A stretch of 43,893 bases of DNA from Pseudomonadota bacterium (GTDB taxonomy: Bacteria > Bdellovibrionota_B > Oligoflexia > Oligoflexales > RGVZ01). Position numbers and translations under genes: made by a program. Location of the stretch: the NCBI GenBank assembly GCA_026390495.1, contig JAPLFV010000309.1:1-43893 (forward strand), given 5' to 3'. Numbering within the stretch: the stretch's first letter is position 1; every line of letters starts with the position of its first letter. Under the pieces are notes generated by a model, which saw only the letters and a list, made by a program, of their open reading frames with translations, had not been told where the DNA came from and searched no databases. This document shows, piece by piece, positions 26,846-36,230 of the stretch.

Positions 26846-27901
26846 ATGGATCAATCAGATCAGCAAAAACAAGGGCCGTCCGAGAGCAGCCAGCCATCTG
26901 CAAAACAAAGAATTGAATTAGCCCGTGGAAAGAATGTTCCGATTGATTACTTTCTTTATTCTTGCTTAGAACACGAGCGCACACAACGCGCTCAATTTGG
27001 AGAAGATCAGCCTTCTGTTGGCCGTTGGCCATTTATGGTTGGGGTCACAGCCGAAAACCCTCCAGCCGATTTTGGCGTTCAACCACTTAAAACCTTACTC
27101 AATAGAATGTGTGGCTGGTATGCGGCACAGCATCCCGAAGTCGTCGAGGAAATCCCCCTAGACCACGAAGTACTAAATCAAATTGTGCCACCGTTTATGA
27201 AGTTCACTTTGGATTTGGCCGATTTAGTTTTACTTAAAACAGGAACTTCACTGCCGTCACACAACGCCAAAACAGACGAGAGTCGTGATTTGTGGGACGA
27301 AATTGCGACAATCCTCAAAGAGAGTTTTCCTGGGTACCACGGCTATTTTATTCGGTTTTTAAAATGGGCTTTTGCGGATATTGAGCCAGAAGAGTTTGAA
27401 CCAGGCAGTTGCCCTCCAGTTGGCAAACACATGCCAAATTTCCGCGCTATTGCGAACTCTCAAAACCACGCTAGCCAAACTCAAAATAGCCAGCCTAGAC
27501 ATGATCGCGGTGGGCATCAAAAAGGTGGACATCAAAACAACAATCGAGGCCCTAACCAAGGTCATCGTGATAGTCGCGGACCGCGCCAAAACCAACACGG
27601 TTCAAATCAGAACAACCCAAACCACAAAGGTGGAAGTGGAGCCAACTTCAATCGCCCCCGGCCAAACACTGGTGGACCCGGCCAGCCAGCAGATGCTGAT
27701 ATTGAAAAAGCTGCATTGGCTGCCGTTGACACTGCTATCGAACGAATCACTAAAGGCGAGACTGACGAAGTGTTTCTAAAACCTATGAATAGTTTCTACC
27801 GAAGAATCCAACATCAATACGCGGTCGATAAAGGCTTCGAGTCATGCTCGGTAGGAGATGGAAACGAACGTGGCGTGAAAGTTTCAAAAGCTATCAAATA
27901 G
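26846..27901 (+). CDS. R3H-domain nucleic-acid-binding protein with a long H/Q/N/G/R-rich low-complexity linker
   Basis: The C-terminus (FLKPMNSFYRRIQHQYAVDKGFESCSVGDGNERGVKV) fits the R3H pattern (R-x3-H). It is preceded by about 80 aa of NSQNHASQTQNSQPRHDRGGHQKGGHQNNNRGPNQGHRDSRGPRQNQHGSNQNNPNHKGG. Confidence 0.6.
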   Translation: MDQSDQQKQGPSESSQPSAKQRIELARGKNVPIDYFLYSCLEHERTQRAQFGEDQPSVGRWPFMVGVTAENPPADFGVQPLKTLLNRMCGWYAAQHPEVVEEIPLDHEVLNQIVPPFMKFTLDLADLVLLKTGTSLPSHNAKTDESRDLWDEIATILKESFPGYHGYFIRFLKWAFADIEPEEFEPGSCPPVGKHMPNFRAIANSQNHASQTQNSQPRHDRGGHQKGGHQNNNRGPNQGHRDSRGPRQNQHGSNQNNPNHKGGSGANFNRPRPNTGGPGQPADADIEKAALAAVDTAIERITKGETDEVFLKPMNSFYRRIQHQYAVDKGFESCSVGDGNERGVKVSKAIK

Positions 27902-27909
27902 GTTTTCAA

Positions 27910-28686
27910 ATGACATCTGTCACGACACATAAAACTATTGTCATAACAGGTGCCTCTTCAGGCATCGGCGCGGCAACTGCCAGATTGTTTGCTAAACAGG
28001 GATGGCACGTTGTTTTGGGCGCGCGTCGCACTGAGAAGCTTCAATCTCTTGTTTCAGATATTAATAAATTAGGTATAGGAAAAGCCACTAGCTTCCCCCT
28101 TGATGTGACATCAAGAAAATCTGTGGCCCTATTTTGTCAAGAGGCCATCACGGCGTGTTCCGGACAAATCGATATTCTCTTAAACAATGCCGGTCTAGCT
28201 CTTGGTATTGCAAAAGTTTCGGAAGGATCTCTCGATGATTGGGATGCCGTAATCGATACTAACGTTAAGGGTGTTCTCAATATCACGCGCTCCTTGTTGC
28301 CTCACATCATGAAGCAACCTTCCGGACATATCATTAATTTGGGAAGCATTGCAGGATTTCTGGTCTATGAAGGCGGAAGTGTCTATGCCGCTTCAAAGCA
28401 CGCCTTGCGCGCCATTACGAAGACTTTAAGGCTTGAGTTAAATGGTTTGCCAATTCGAGTTACCTCCATAGATCCTGGTATGGTGGAAACAGAGTTTTCT
28501 AACGTCAGACTCAAAGACGACGAGAAGGCCAAGGCCGTATACAAAGGACTAAAGCCACTGTCTGCGGAAGATATCGCTGAATGCATTTATTGGAGTGCCG
28601 CGCGGCCAGCACATGTCAATATTGAAGAAATCGTGGTGATGCCTATCGCACAAGCTGCTCCACACAAAGTCGCACGATCCAATTAG
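27910..28686 (+). CDS. classical short-chain dehydrogenase/reductase (YdfG-like, NADP-dependent)
   Basis: I prefer the start at the internal ATG 27910 (MTSVTTHKTIVITGASSGIGAA). Other motifs are NNAG and YAASKHAL (YxxxK). Confidence 0.85.
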   Translation: MTSVTTHKTIVITGASSGIGAATARLFAKQGWHVVLGARRTEKLQSLVSDINKLGIGKATSFPLDVTSRKSVALFCQEAITACSGQIDILLNNAGLALGIAKVSEGSLDDWDAVIDTNVKGVLNITRSLLPHIMKQPSGHIINLGSIAGFLVYEGGSVYAASKHALRAITKTLRLELNGLPIRVTSIDPGMVETEFSNVRLKDDEKAKAVYKGLKPLSAEDIAECIYWSAARPAHVNIEEIVVMPIAQAAPHKVARSN

Positions 28687-28730
28687 GACGATGCGACTGC
28701 CTTATTCATATCTCTAATATGCAAATCTCT

Positions 28731-29309
28731 TCAAAACGCATATCCAACTCTAAAGTAACCATTTCCAACGAGTTCTCTGTCTTTTGCGACCAAATTTCTT
28801 GCTGCTCCAAATCCTAAGCCTACGTTTAAGCCGCTATCCCACATCCAAGAGTATCCAAGCAAAAGCTGAGGACCAAACTCTGTTCGTCTCTTTCCGTCAT
28901 ATTTTAAGGTTCTATAAAGCATTCCTGTTTCTAACGAAATCCCTGTGTACGCCTTTTGAAAATATATCGGCACACTCAATGCAAACTCTGAAATACTGTC
29001 CGATTTACTTGCCTTCTTAGAGTCGCTGTCATCAGATGCATTCATTTGATAAGAGTAAGAACCATCAAGTTTGAGAGCAAAATTCTTGTGAAATGCATAG
29101 CTTCCAGAAATACTATAAATATCACCTAGTACTCCAAATGGATTTACTGCAACATTCCATCTTTTGTAATCCAATAGATATTCATGTCTGTCGCCATCTT
29201 TTACAATCTGACCACCAACTTCAGAAATTCCATTTTCCTCACTTGCAATTAAGTGATTTGAACTACCGAGATTCAACAATAGACTTGATATTAATACTTT
29301 GATTTTCAT
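28731..29309 (-). CDS. small outer-membrane beta-barrel protein
   Basis: Signal peptide MKIKVLISSLLLNLGSS. The sequence alternates aromatic and hydrophilic residues and ends in a C-terminal aromatic (GYFRVGYAF). Confidence 0.55.
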   Translation of the reverse strand: MKIKVLISSLLLNLGSSNHLIASEENGISEVGGQIVKDGDRHEYLLDYKRWNVAVNPFGVLGDIYSISGSYAFHKNFALKLDGSYSYQMNASDDSDSKKASKSDSISEFALSVPIYFQKAYTGISLETGMLYRTLKYDGKRRTEFGPQLLLGYSWMWDSGLNVGLGFGAARNLVAKDRELVGNGYFRVGYAF

Positions 29310-29818
29310 CTGTGCTCCTTGAAAGAAAAATGACTTACAAAAGCAGTCAGAGCAAAAGCCGGGCCAAAGAATTTTCTAACTCCTTTGGGACGCAGCCTAT
29401 GGGAAACCAAAGCATTCAACAGGCGTATCCATCGAAAAACCAAAGACAATTTCAAACTGCAACTCTTTGGCTCAGGGAAATCAATCGTAGATCTTTATAG
29501 CCTCTTGTCATCACGTCGCGACAACCGGACTTGAATGTGTCATCAGACGCCCGGCACTTCGTCTCTAACCTGAAAAACGAAACATAGGTCTAAGTCAAAT
29601 CAGTCGTGGCATAATTTTCAAATAAATTATCGCTTCAATATAAAAGTAAATTGTTGATGCAATTTCTGACTATTTAGCTAGTTAGATTTATTAATCCTCG
29701 ATGTATGAGACTACGGAAATTCAAACTAGGTGTTCACTTTTGTTATAGAACACTTTCAGAGATATAATATGACGACGGATCAATTGACTTCACATTTCTC
29801 ATTTCATCGGTTCTTTGA

Positions 29819-30628
29819 ATGGCGAATAATTTTACTAACACAGTTTTACTCCTCTTTCTTCACCTAGTGCAGCAAAAGATCTTTGCGGCCGCTAGTGATG
29901 CAGAGGCCATCATCAAAAGACTCGATGGTCGCTACGACATAAAATGCAACAATGGCTCTAGAGAAATCGCAACAGGTCAGCAATTAGACTCTGGTGAAAT
30001 ATGCTTAACAGGAAACAGCAATGGAAGGTTTCAGATAAAATGTGAAGGCAGCACAAGAATTGTATATCCAGTCCATGCATCTAGCGGAAGAAAATATGGA
30101 TCTGCAATGACGCCACCAGAATGCAACAAAGTTTCTCAAGCTGCCATCAATGGTGTGCTTTGTTCCCAGAAAGGAAATTGCAATTGGTTCTTAACCCGAA
30201 TGACAGATGGGCATACACTTGGCACCCATGGCGATTTTGAATCCTGTTTGGTGGCTTCGGTTTTTACGAGACAATCCATTTCATGCGTCCCACAATCAGC
30301 AGGTTGGAACATCATAAATATTGTCACTGAGTTGCCCATTGGAAGGCGAATGGATGAAAGTGAATGCTTTCAAGTCCTTCGCACTGCGCGTGAAGGAGTC
30401 GTTTGTAGTGATGTTGGTGGTGATCACTGGTCCGTAAGTCGTATTGCCGATGACGTTGCGATTGGCAATCCTTCAACACTTCAACGTTGCATTTATGCGA
30501 CCGACAATGCCTATGCAAAAAAAGTCTGTGTCCATGTTGGAGCAGATCGCTGGCAGGGAGTGGAAACAAACACCGAGACAGCCATTACCGATGTCATGTC
30601 ACTCGAAGCATGCATCACTCAGCTTTAA
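29819..30628 (+). CDS. secreted cysteine-repeat protein: about five ~41-aa C-x12-C-x7/8-W units
   Basis: Hydrophobic N-terminus. Cys pairs at residues 62/75, 102/115, 143/156, 183/196 and 224/237 (plus C265) recur with a 40-41-aa period. Trp follows at 123, 163, 204 and 245. Confidence 0.55.
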   Translation: MANNFTNTVLLLFLHLVQQKIFAAASDAEAIIKRLDGRYDIKCNNGSREIATGQQLDSGEICLTGNSNGRFQIKCEGSTRIVYPVHASSGRKYGSAMTPPECNKVSQAAINGVLCSQKGNCNWFLTRMTDGHTLGTHGDFESCLVASVFTRQSISCVPQSAGWNIINIVTELPIGRRMDESECFQVLRTAREGVVCSDVGGDHWSVSRIADDVAIGNPSTLQRCIYATDNAYAKKVCVHVGADRWQGVETNTETAITDVMSLEACITQL

Positions 30629-30714
30629 GAAGCATCTGAAAAGTAAAAAACTAACGCCCATCGACTACACCAATGGCACGTTAGAATTTTCCTTGAAAAA
30701 ATATCTCGATATAA

Positions 30715-31266
30715 TCAATGCACAATCGATGCAATCATCATCGTCAAAATATGCAATGAATAGTTGTAGCATGCTTGACCATCAAACTTGAAAGTCACGG
30801 ACTTTCCATCTGCTAGCTGAAGCACATATGTCGGTTTAATAAAGTGATTATTGGCAAAATCTTCTGATGTCACTAAACCTTTTACAACCGCGCCGTTCAC
30901 TTCAAAGGAATATTCATTTTTTTGACGGTCAAGCCTTGTGAACGCAATTTTTGTTTGACGTTTTCCTTCTGGACTCAAATGCTCCACGATTCCACCAAAA
31001 ACATTATTGGCCTTTTTGAAAATGGATTTTACATCCTGTCCATCACGACGCATAATCAATTCGCTAGTCCCAGTTTCTTCATTCACGCTTCCCCAAATGA
31101 CAAAGTCACGGATTGATCCTGCCATCGCATGATCAAAAGCTTTCAATTCAATTCCTTGTTCGCCTCGAATTGAGCCAAGTCCATGCCCTTCCTCTGCTCG
31201 AATATTTGTAGAACCAAGACTCATGACTGTTGCAATCGCGGCTGCACCGACCATTCGAATCACCAT
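30715..31266 (-). CDS. secreted hypothetical protein, candidate Fur-family-regulated gene
   Basis: The ATG at 31266 is preceded by GGAGG (the track starts 4 codons earlier). Signal-like MVIRMVGAAAIATVMSLGSTNIRA. No recognisable family. Confidence 0.45.
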   Translation of the reverse strand: MVIRMVGAAAIATVMSLGSTNIRAEEGHGLGSIRGEQGIELKAFDHAMAGSIRDFVIWGSVNEETGTSELIMRRDGQDVKSIFKKANNVFGGIVEHLSPEGKRQTKIAFTRLDRQKNEYSFEVNGAVVKGLVTSEDFANNHFIKPTYVLQLADGKSVTFKFDGQACYNYSLHILTMMIASIVH

Positions 31267-31298
31267 AATTTCCTCCATTAAAATTAGCTGGTTAAAAC

Positions 31299-31323
31299 TT
31301 TATTGAGAATCATTCTCAATAAA
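31299..31323. promoter_or_regulatory. perfect 25-bp palindrome resembling a Fur-family box
   Basis: TTTATTGAGAAT-C-ATTCTCAATAAA. The core TGAGAATCATTCTCA matches the 7-1-7 Fur consensus TGATAATNATTATCA at 13 of 15 positions. It lies 33 nt upstream of the 31266 start codon. Confidence 0.55.
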
Positions 31324-31361
31324 TTAGCATGAGAAAATGTGATTGGCAAATAGAAAGTAGC

Positions 31362-32003
31362 TTAACTTCTTCCCTCTAACATGACCAAAAGTCCGATGAA
31401 AGTCAAAGTATACAAAATGGAAAACAGTACTATGTGATCTTTTAAAAATTTCTCGATTCTTGATCCAATAATTTTTGCCAACCAAGCACTCGCTCCAAAT
31501 CGAATCGATCTTGAAATCATGACAAATGAAAAATATACAAACGCATTGAAATCAAATTTGACAGCTGCTTGAGTCCAGATTTTAAATTGCATAAATGAAA
31601 ATGCTTGGAATAAAACTCCAGCATGACCGTGCTTCGTGTATACACCGTCAACAAATTCAATCATTGACTGCTGGACGAATGGAGTCGAGTGAAGGATTTG
31701 TGCCATCCATTCTGGATAAAGCAGATTGAGACCATAGCTTAAAAGTCCGCCAACTAGTGAACCAAAAAGGGACGCCCTAACCAATATCAACCATGAAGCA
31801 GGAGCAATGACCACTAGCAGACCAATGATAAAATCGGGCGCGATAAACCAAAATGTTGCTTCAGCAATGGCCCATGTAAACACGATTACCTGCCCAGATT
31901 GACTCAAAGAAACAGTCTTGAGTCTTTCATGAACACGATGATTCAGTTCAGTGTATGTCATGAAACAGACTTTCAAAGTGGGTATCAGGCTTCCAATAGA
32001 CAC
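31362..32003 (-). CDS. multi-pass integral membrane protein of unknown function
   Basis: 213-aa ORF with about 5 hydrophobic segments. The start may be the Met at 31961 (MTYTELNH...). Confidence 0.5.
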   Translation of the reverse strand: MSIGSLIPTLKVCFMTYTELNHRVHERLKTVSLSQSGQVIVFTWAIAEATFWFIAPDFIIGLLVVIAPASWLILVRASLFGSLVGGLLSYGLNLLYPEWMAQILHSTPFVQQSMIEFVDGVYTKHGHAGVLFQAFSFMQFKIWTQAAVKFDFNAFVYFSFVMISRSIRFGASAWLAKIIGSRIEKFLKDHIVLFSILYTLTFIGLLVMLEGRS

Positions 32004-32074
32004 AGACCCTAATTTATAAAATCAGGGCACTATGGAAGAAAATAAAATCTAAAAGTGAAGAAATATTATGCGAG

Positions 32075-32926
32075 TTACTTGCCGCCCAACCTAAAATACG
32101 CAACGCCTTTTTCTACTTTTGAAGCATCGCTACCTACATTGGCACAATTGTTACTTACGCCTGGCCTGTCTTCCTCTTGGGTAAACCAGTTTCGACACCA
32201 ATAGTTGGACTGTATATATGTGGAACCCGTGTTAACAGACCTACCTCCTATAGTCTCGTTGGTGGCAGTGGTCAGGGTCGTATATTTTCCATTTATTGAA
32301 GTAATCTTCCAATGTTTTGTTCCAGACCAAAGGTTGGTATTAGGATTCCAAAAGTCAGCGTATAAATGAATAAAATAAAATTCGTTATTTGGCGCCCTCC
32401 ACAAACTGCTTACAGCAAATTTATAGGAATCATTGCCAGAAAGCTCCAAACCAGACCGAGCCATAGGGGAGTTCCCTGGTGCAGAATAATTTTCACAATT
32501 ACTGGCTAAAGAAGAGCTAAATCTAGAAACTGCTGCATCCACATATCGAATCGTATCTTTTGATCTGTCTGTAACGACTAAAATCTGACTATCTAGAACA
32601 TTACCAGCAAATTGCTTCCAATCTTCCTTTTCAAAACCATCAGGTGGCAATGAAAATTCGCCGACACTTTGTGCTCCCAATGTCTTGCAAGTTGAAGACG
32701 ATTCTATTGTATTTTGATCAGGATTACTTGCTGAAATGGGTGTGTCGTTATTGAAACAGCTTCTTAAACATACGAATTGATTATCCCGTGTTTTTGCTAA
32801 AAACTGATGGCCTTGGTCCGTAATTACGACAAGATCCTTTTCTTTTGAGGTCCCAGTCCTCGATTTGCAACCAAAACTAAAATTTAAAAATCCAATTGAG
32901 ACGACTAAAAAAATAATCTTATTCAT
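32075..32926 (-). CDS. putative lipoprotein or secreted protein
   Basis: The N-terminus MNKIIFLVVSIGFLNFSFGC looks like a signal peptide with a (non-canonical) lipobox Cys. No family recognised. Confidence 0.45.
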   Translation of the reverse strand: MNKIIFLVVSIGFLNFSFGCKSRTGTSKEKDLVVITDQGHQFLAKTRDNQFVCLRSCFNNDTPISASNPDQNTIESSSTCKTLGAQSVGEFSLPPDGFEKEDWKQFAGNVLDSQILVVTDRSKDTIRYVDAAVSRFSSSLASNCENYSAPGNSPMARSGLELSGNDSYKFAVSSLWRAPNNEFYFIHLYADFWNPNTNLWSGTKHWKITSINGKYTTLTTATNETIGGRSVNTGSTYIQSNYWCRNWFTQEEDRPGVSNNCANVGSDASKVEKGVAYFRLGGK

Positions 32927-33207
32927 TAACTTTTACCCCCAAAAATAAATCAACATGTACTCAAAAACTAGGCTGTTCAAGCTAAAACAAAAATAGAAAA
33001 AACCTAGCTTCATAATTGTATCTTATCAAACAGCTCAAAGTCTAGCATCCGCCTTGAGTGCAATTTAACTTACAATCACCGACTAGATTATAATGCAATT
33101 CGATTCACTAGGAGATAGTTGCCTGGCAACACTTCAAGGACGCATACAAATTTGTTCTGTTTAAAACCTTTGAGAAGAATTCTGATTAAAAAGAGCAATG
33201 TGAAAGC

Positions 33208-34278
33208 TCAATCGTTGATGAAATTCAACCCTCGCCTCTGTAGAGCCAAATGATCTTGAGCTAAGTGCCTCGCCCATTTCAAATTTTTGAGGTACCAATC
33301 CACTGTTTTTCGAAGGCCGGTTTCAAAGGTCTCTTCTGGCTTCCAGCCAAGCTTTGAGGCTATTTTAGAAGAGTCGATTGCATACCTAAAATCATGGCCT
33401 GGGCGATCTTTTACAAATGCAATATGCCTTGCATAGGTCTGACCGCTGGAGCAAGGTGCCAATTGATCCAAAATTCCACAGAGTTTATTCACAATATCAA
33501 TATTTCGAATTTCGTTGTTTCCGCCGATGGCGTAGGTTTCGCCAAGATTGCCTCTTTCAAAAACTGAAATGAGGCCTCTGACGTGATCATCGACAAAAAG
33601 CCAATCTCGAATGTTTGACCCATCGCCATATACAGGAAGATTCTTACCATCCAATGCATTCAATATCATGAGTGGAATCAATTTTTCTGGAAACTGATAT
33701 GGTCCATAATTATTGGAACAATTGGTTATTAAAATTGGTAGGCGGTAGGTTTCAAACCATGCCCTCACTAAGTGATCACTAGATGCCTTTGAAGCAGAGT
33801 ATGGAGAGTTTGGTTTGTACATGGAACTTTCACTAAACTTCCCAGTCGCTCCCAAGGAACCAAAAACTTCATCGGTTGAAATGTGTAGAAACCTAAACTC
33901 AGACTTCTTATTTGAACCTAGTGAACTCCAGTAGACTCTTGATGCCTCCAACAAATTAAACGTTCCCAAAATATTTGTTTTGATAAAATTCTCAGGTCCA
34001 TCAATGGATCGGTCAACATGAGTTTCAGCCGCTAAATGAATCACTCCCGTCGGTTGAAATTCGTTAAAGACTTCAACTACAGCAGATTTTTCACAAATAT
34101 CTATTTTCTTAAAACTATATTTTGGAGAGGTTGAAGACACGCTGTCCAGTGCCTGTAGGTTTCCGGCATAGGTTAATTTATCTATGTTTAACAGGTTCCA
34201 ATCCGGTCGTTTTGCAACCAGCATCCTAATGAGTGCAGATCCAATAAATCCAGCGCCACCTGTGACAATAACATTCAT
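33208..34278 (-). CDS. rfbB: dTDP-glucose 4,6-dehydratase
   Basis: 356 aa with motifs [26 protein letters not shown] and [11 protein letters not shown]. Confidence 0.9.
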   Translation of the reverse strand: MNVIVTGGAGFIGSALIRMLVAKRPDWNLLNIDKLTYAGNLQALDSVSSTSPKYSFKKIDICEKSAVVEVFNEFQPTGVIHLAAETHVDRSIDGPENFIKTNILGTFNLLEASRVYWSSLGSNKKSEFRFLHISTDEVFGSLGATGKFSESSMYKPNSPYSASKASSDHLVRAWFETYRLPILITNCSNNYGPYQFPEKLIPLMILNALDGKNLPVYGDGSNIRDWLFVDDHVRGLISVFERGNLGETYAIGGNNEIRNIDIVNKLCGILDQLAPCSSGQTYARHIAFVKDRPGHDFRYAIDSSKIASKLGWKPEETFETGLRKTVDWYLKNLKWARHLAQDHLALQRRGLNFIND

Positions 34279-34315
34279 AAAAAGCCTTTAAGTGAGACCA
34301 ATCAAACCAGCAAGA

Positions 34316-35221
34316 TCAACTTCCAGTTGCTTCCGCGGTCCATTCACCTTTTGGTAAAATCCTTTTTGCCAACCCAACAAGAACACGACCAGGGCCAATC
34401 TCCAGGTACTTGTTGACACCGGATCGACTTACGTTTTCGATGGTTTGAATCCATTTTACCGGGCTATCGATTTGTTTAATGAGATATTCTGGACCGTACT
34501 CAAGAGTTACTTCCGCCGTTAAATTTGGAACCATCGGATGTTTTGTTTGGTGAAATTTTGTAGCAGAAAGCAAAGGCGCCATTTCATCTCTGGCTGGGGC
34601 CATCATGGAGGAGTGAAACGGTGCTGAAACTTGCAACTTAATGAATTTCACCGACTCCTTTACAAATGTTTCCTCCAAACGCGCCACGGCTTTGGCATGC
34701 CCAGCGACGACAAGTTGCTGGGGGCTATTATAATTCACAATTTCGACTGGCTCTTTTTCCTTTGTTGCGTCTTTGCAATAGCCTTCGAGCAATTTTACGT
34801 CACAAGATAGAACCGCAGTCATGGCGCCGACGCCTTCAGGAACCGCACGTTGCATAGCAAGTCCTCGGTTTCGAACTAAAGAAATTGCATCCGAAAAGGC
34901 AAGCCGGCCCGCAGCAACCAGTGCAGAATATTCGCCTAGTGAGTGGCCAGCAAAAAAATCCGCTGTTTGTCCTTTCTCTTCGACCAATGCGCGCCAAGCC
35001 GCCACGCTGACTGTGACAATCGTTGGTTGCGTGTTTGCCGTTAATTTTAACTGATCTTCGGGACCCTCAAAGCAAAGTTTTCTTATGGATATTTTTGAAA
35101 AATCTTCGGCCTCTTCAAAAGTCTTGGATAAATAAGGAAAGTCACTAAGCAACTGCTTTCCCATCCCAACATACTGACTACCTTGGCCTGGAAACATCGC
35201 AAGCAGTTTAGAATCAGACAT
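34316..35221 (-). CDS. fabD: malonyl CoA-ACP transacylase
   Basis: 301 aa with motifs MFPGQGSQYVGMG and GHSLGEYSALV (active-site Ser). Confidence 0.95.
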   Translation of the reverse strand: MSDSKLLAMFPGQGSQYVGMGKQLLSDFPYLSKTFEEAEDFSKISIRKLCFEGPEDQLKLTANTQPTIVTVSVAAWRALVEEKGQTADFFAGHSLGEYSALVAAGRLAFSDAISLVRNRGLAMQRAVPEGVGAMTAVLSCDVKLLEGYCKDATKEKEPVEIVNYNSPQQLVVAGHAKAVARLEETFVKESVKFIKLQVSAPFHSSMMAPARDEMAPLLSATKFHQTKHPMVPNLTAEVTLEYGPEYLIKQIDSPVKWIQTIENVSRSGVNKYLEIGPGRVLVGLAKRILPKGEWTAEATGS

Positions 35222-35285
35222 AAAATCCCCTTTCTAATTTCAATGACATCAATTTTGCATTTACCATTCTCATTCGCAGCAAATA

Positions 35286-36230
35286 CTAAAAAACGAGTGC
35301 AAAGCCTACATTAAATCTCTTGTAACTATAGGGCTCGTATTTTGATTCATCTTCGAACGTTTTTGGGGGGCGCCCAAGGTATGTTTTCCACGTCTGGGAA
35401 ATATTAAACGCCAAATGACTTGCCATCGGAATGCTAATCCCAACATAGTAGAGGCTAAGTAGTGACGCTGAGTCGTCAAATTTTTTCTCGGCAATGGAGC
35501 GGGTCCATTTATCATACCCCAATCCAACACCAGCAAATGGCGTTATCGGAATTCGAGAAGGAATCCGTACGATCAGTGAACCTTCTGGACCATAGATTGT
35601 TTCCTTTTTATCGTCCCAAGCTTTTGTGTAGTAGGACCCAGAAATATTCCATCCAAGCCATCGATAAATGGGAAATGAAAAGCCTAGATTGGCAGAAAAT
35701 GATCGCCCGCCAAATCCCACTCCCGCAGAGATTCCAATATCGCCATCATCAACATCACCTGCGTGGTCTCGACCTGTATCTGCCGCTGCTTCGCCGTTAC
35801 CCTTTTTGTTTGTTCTCGGATCCCAGGCTTCAGGAGGTAAAGTCTTCGATGGAGGAGGAACGGGTTTAGCTTGGACCTCAGAATCGGAATCAGACATATC
35901 CGTTGGTGGTTCAGGAGGAAGGATCTTAACTGATTTTTTTGTAGAAGATCCACTTCCAGGAGTCGTTAAGTCTTCTTCGATAAATTCATTCTGCGAAGCT
36001 GGGGCCTGAATCGCGTTTGCATTAGGATTTACAGCTGAGTCGTTTGCGTATCTTTTTTTTCCTAGAATTCGTGCGGCAAAATCCTGAGCAAATAGGGGAG
36101 TCAGCTCTGTATTTACCAAAGCTGTACATCCAATAGCGACTATTATTAGTCTTTCATAAAAGAACATCCATGCTCTCCTAAATGAATTCATTGAGAAAAA
36201 AACAAAAACCAAATACCAAAACAGGCTCAA
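35286..36230 (-). CDS. hypothetical envelope protein: N-terminal TM/signal, Pro/acidic linker, C-terminal beta-barrel-like domain
   Basis: 314 aa. It has a PPEPPTDMSDSDSEVQAKPVPPPSKTLPPE linker and a Gly/aromatic-rich C-terminal half ending in FNVGFALVF. Its start overlaps the FAH gene stop (ATGA). Confidence 0.4.
   Translation of the reverse strand: MSLFWYLVFVFFSMNSFRRAWMFFYERLIIVAIGCTALVNTELTPLFAQDFAARILGKKRYANDSAVNPNANAIQAPASQNEFIEEDLTTPGSGSSTKKSVKILPPEPPTDMSDSDSEVQAKPVPPPSKTLPPEAWDPRTNKKGNGEAAADTGRDHAGDVDDGDIGISAGVGFGGRSFSANLGFSFPIYRWLGWNISGSYYTKAWDDKKETIYGPEGSLIVRIPSRIPITPFAGVGLGYDKWTRSIAEKKFDDSASLLSLYYVGISIPMASHLAFNISQTWKTYLGRPPKTFEDESKYEPYSYKRFNVGFALVF

Noticed and set aside
27359-27779. 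Alternative-frame ORFs (79 aa minus strand, 135 aa plus strand) within the R3H gene
   Set aside because: They overlap the low-complexity region of a gene whose C-terminal R3H motif fixes the frame.
35306-36009. Several 76-135-aa ORFs on both strands inside the 35286..36230 gene
   Set aside because: They are mutually overlapping frame artefacts of a Pro/Gly-rich region. The long frame is translationally coupled to the FAH gene and has a signal-like start and a C-terminal Phe.
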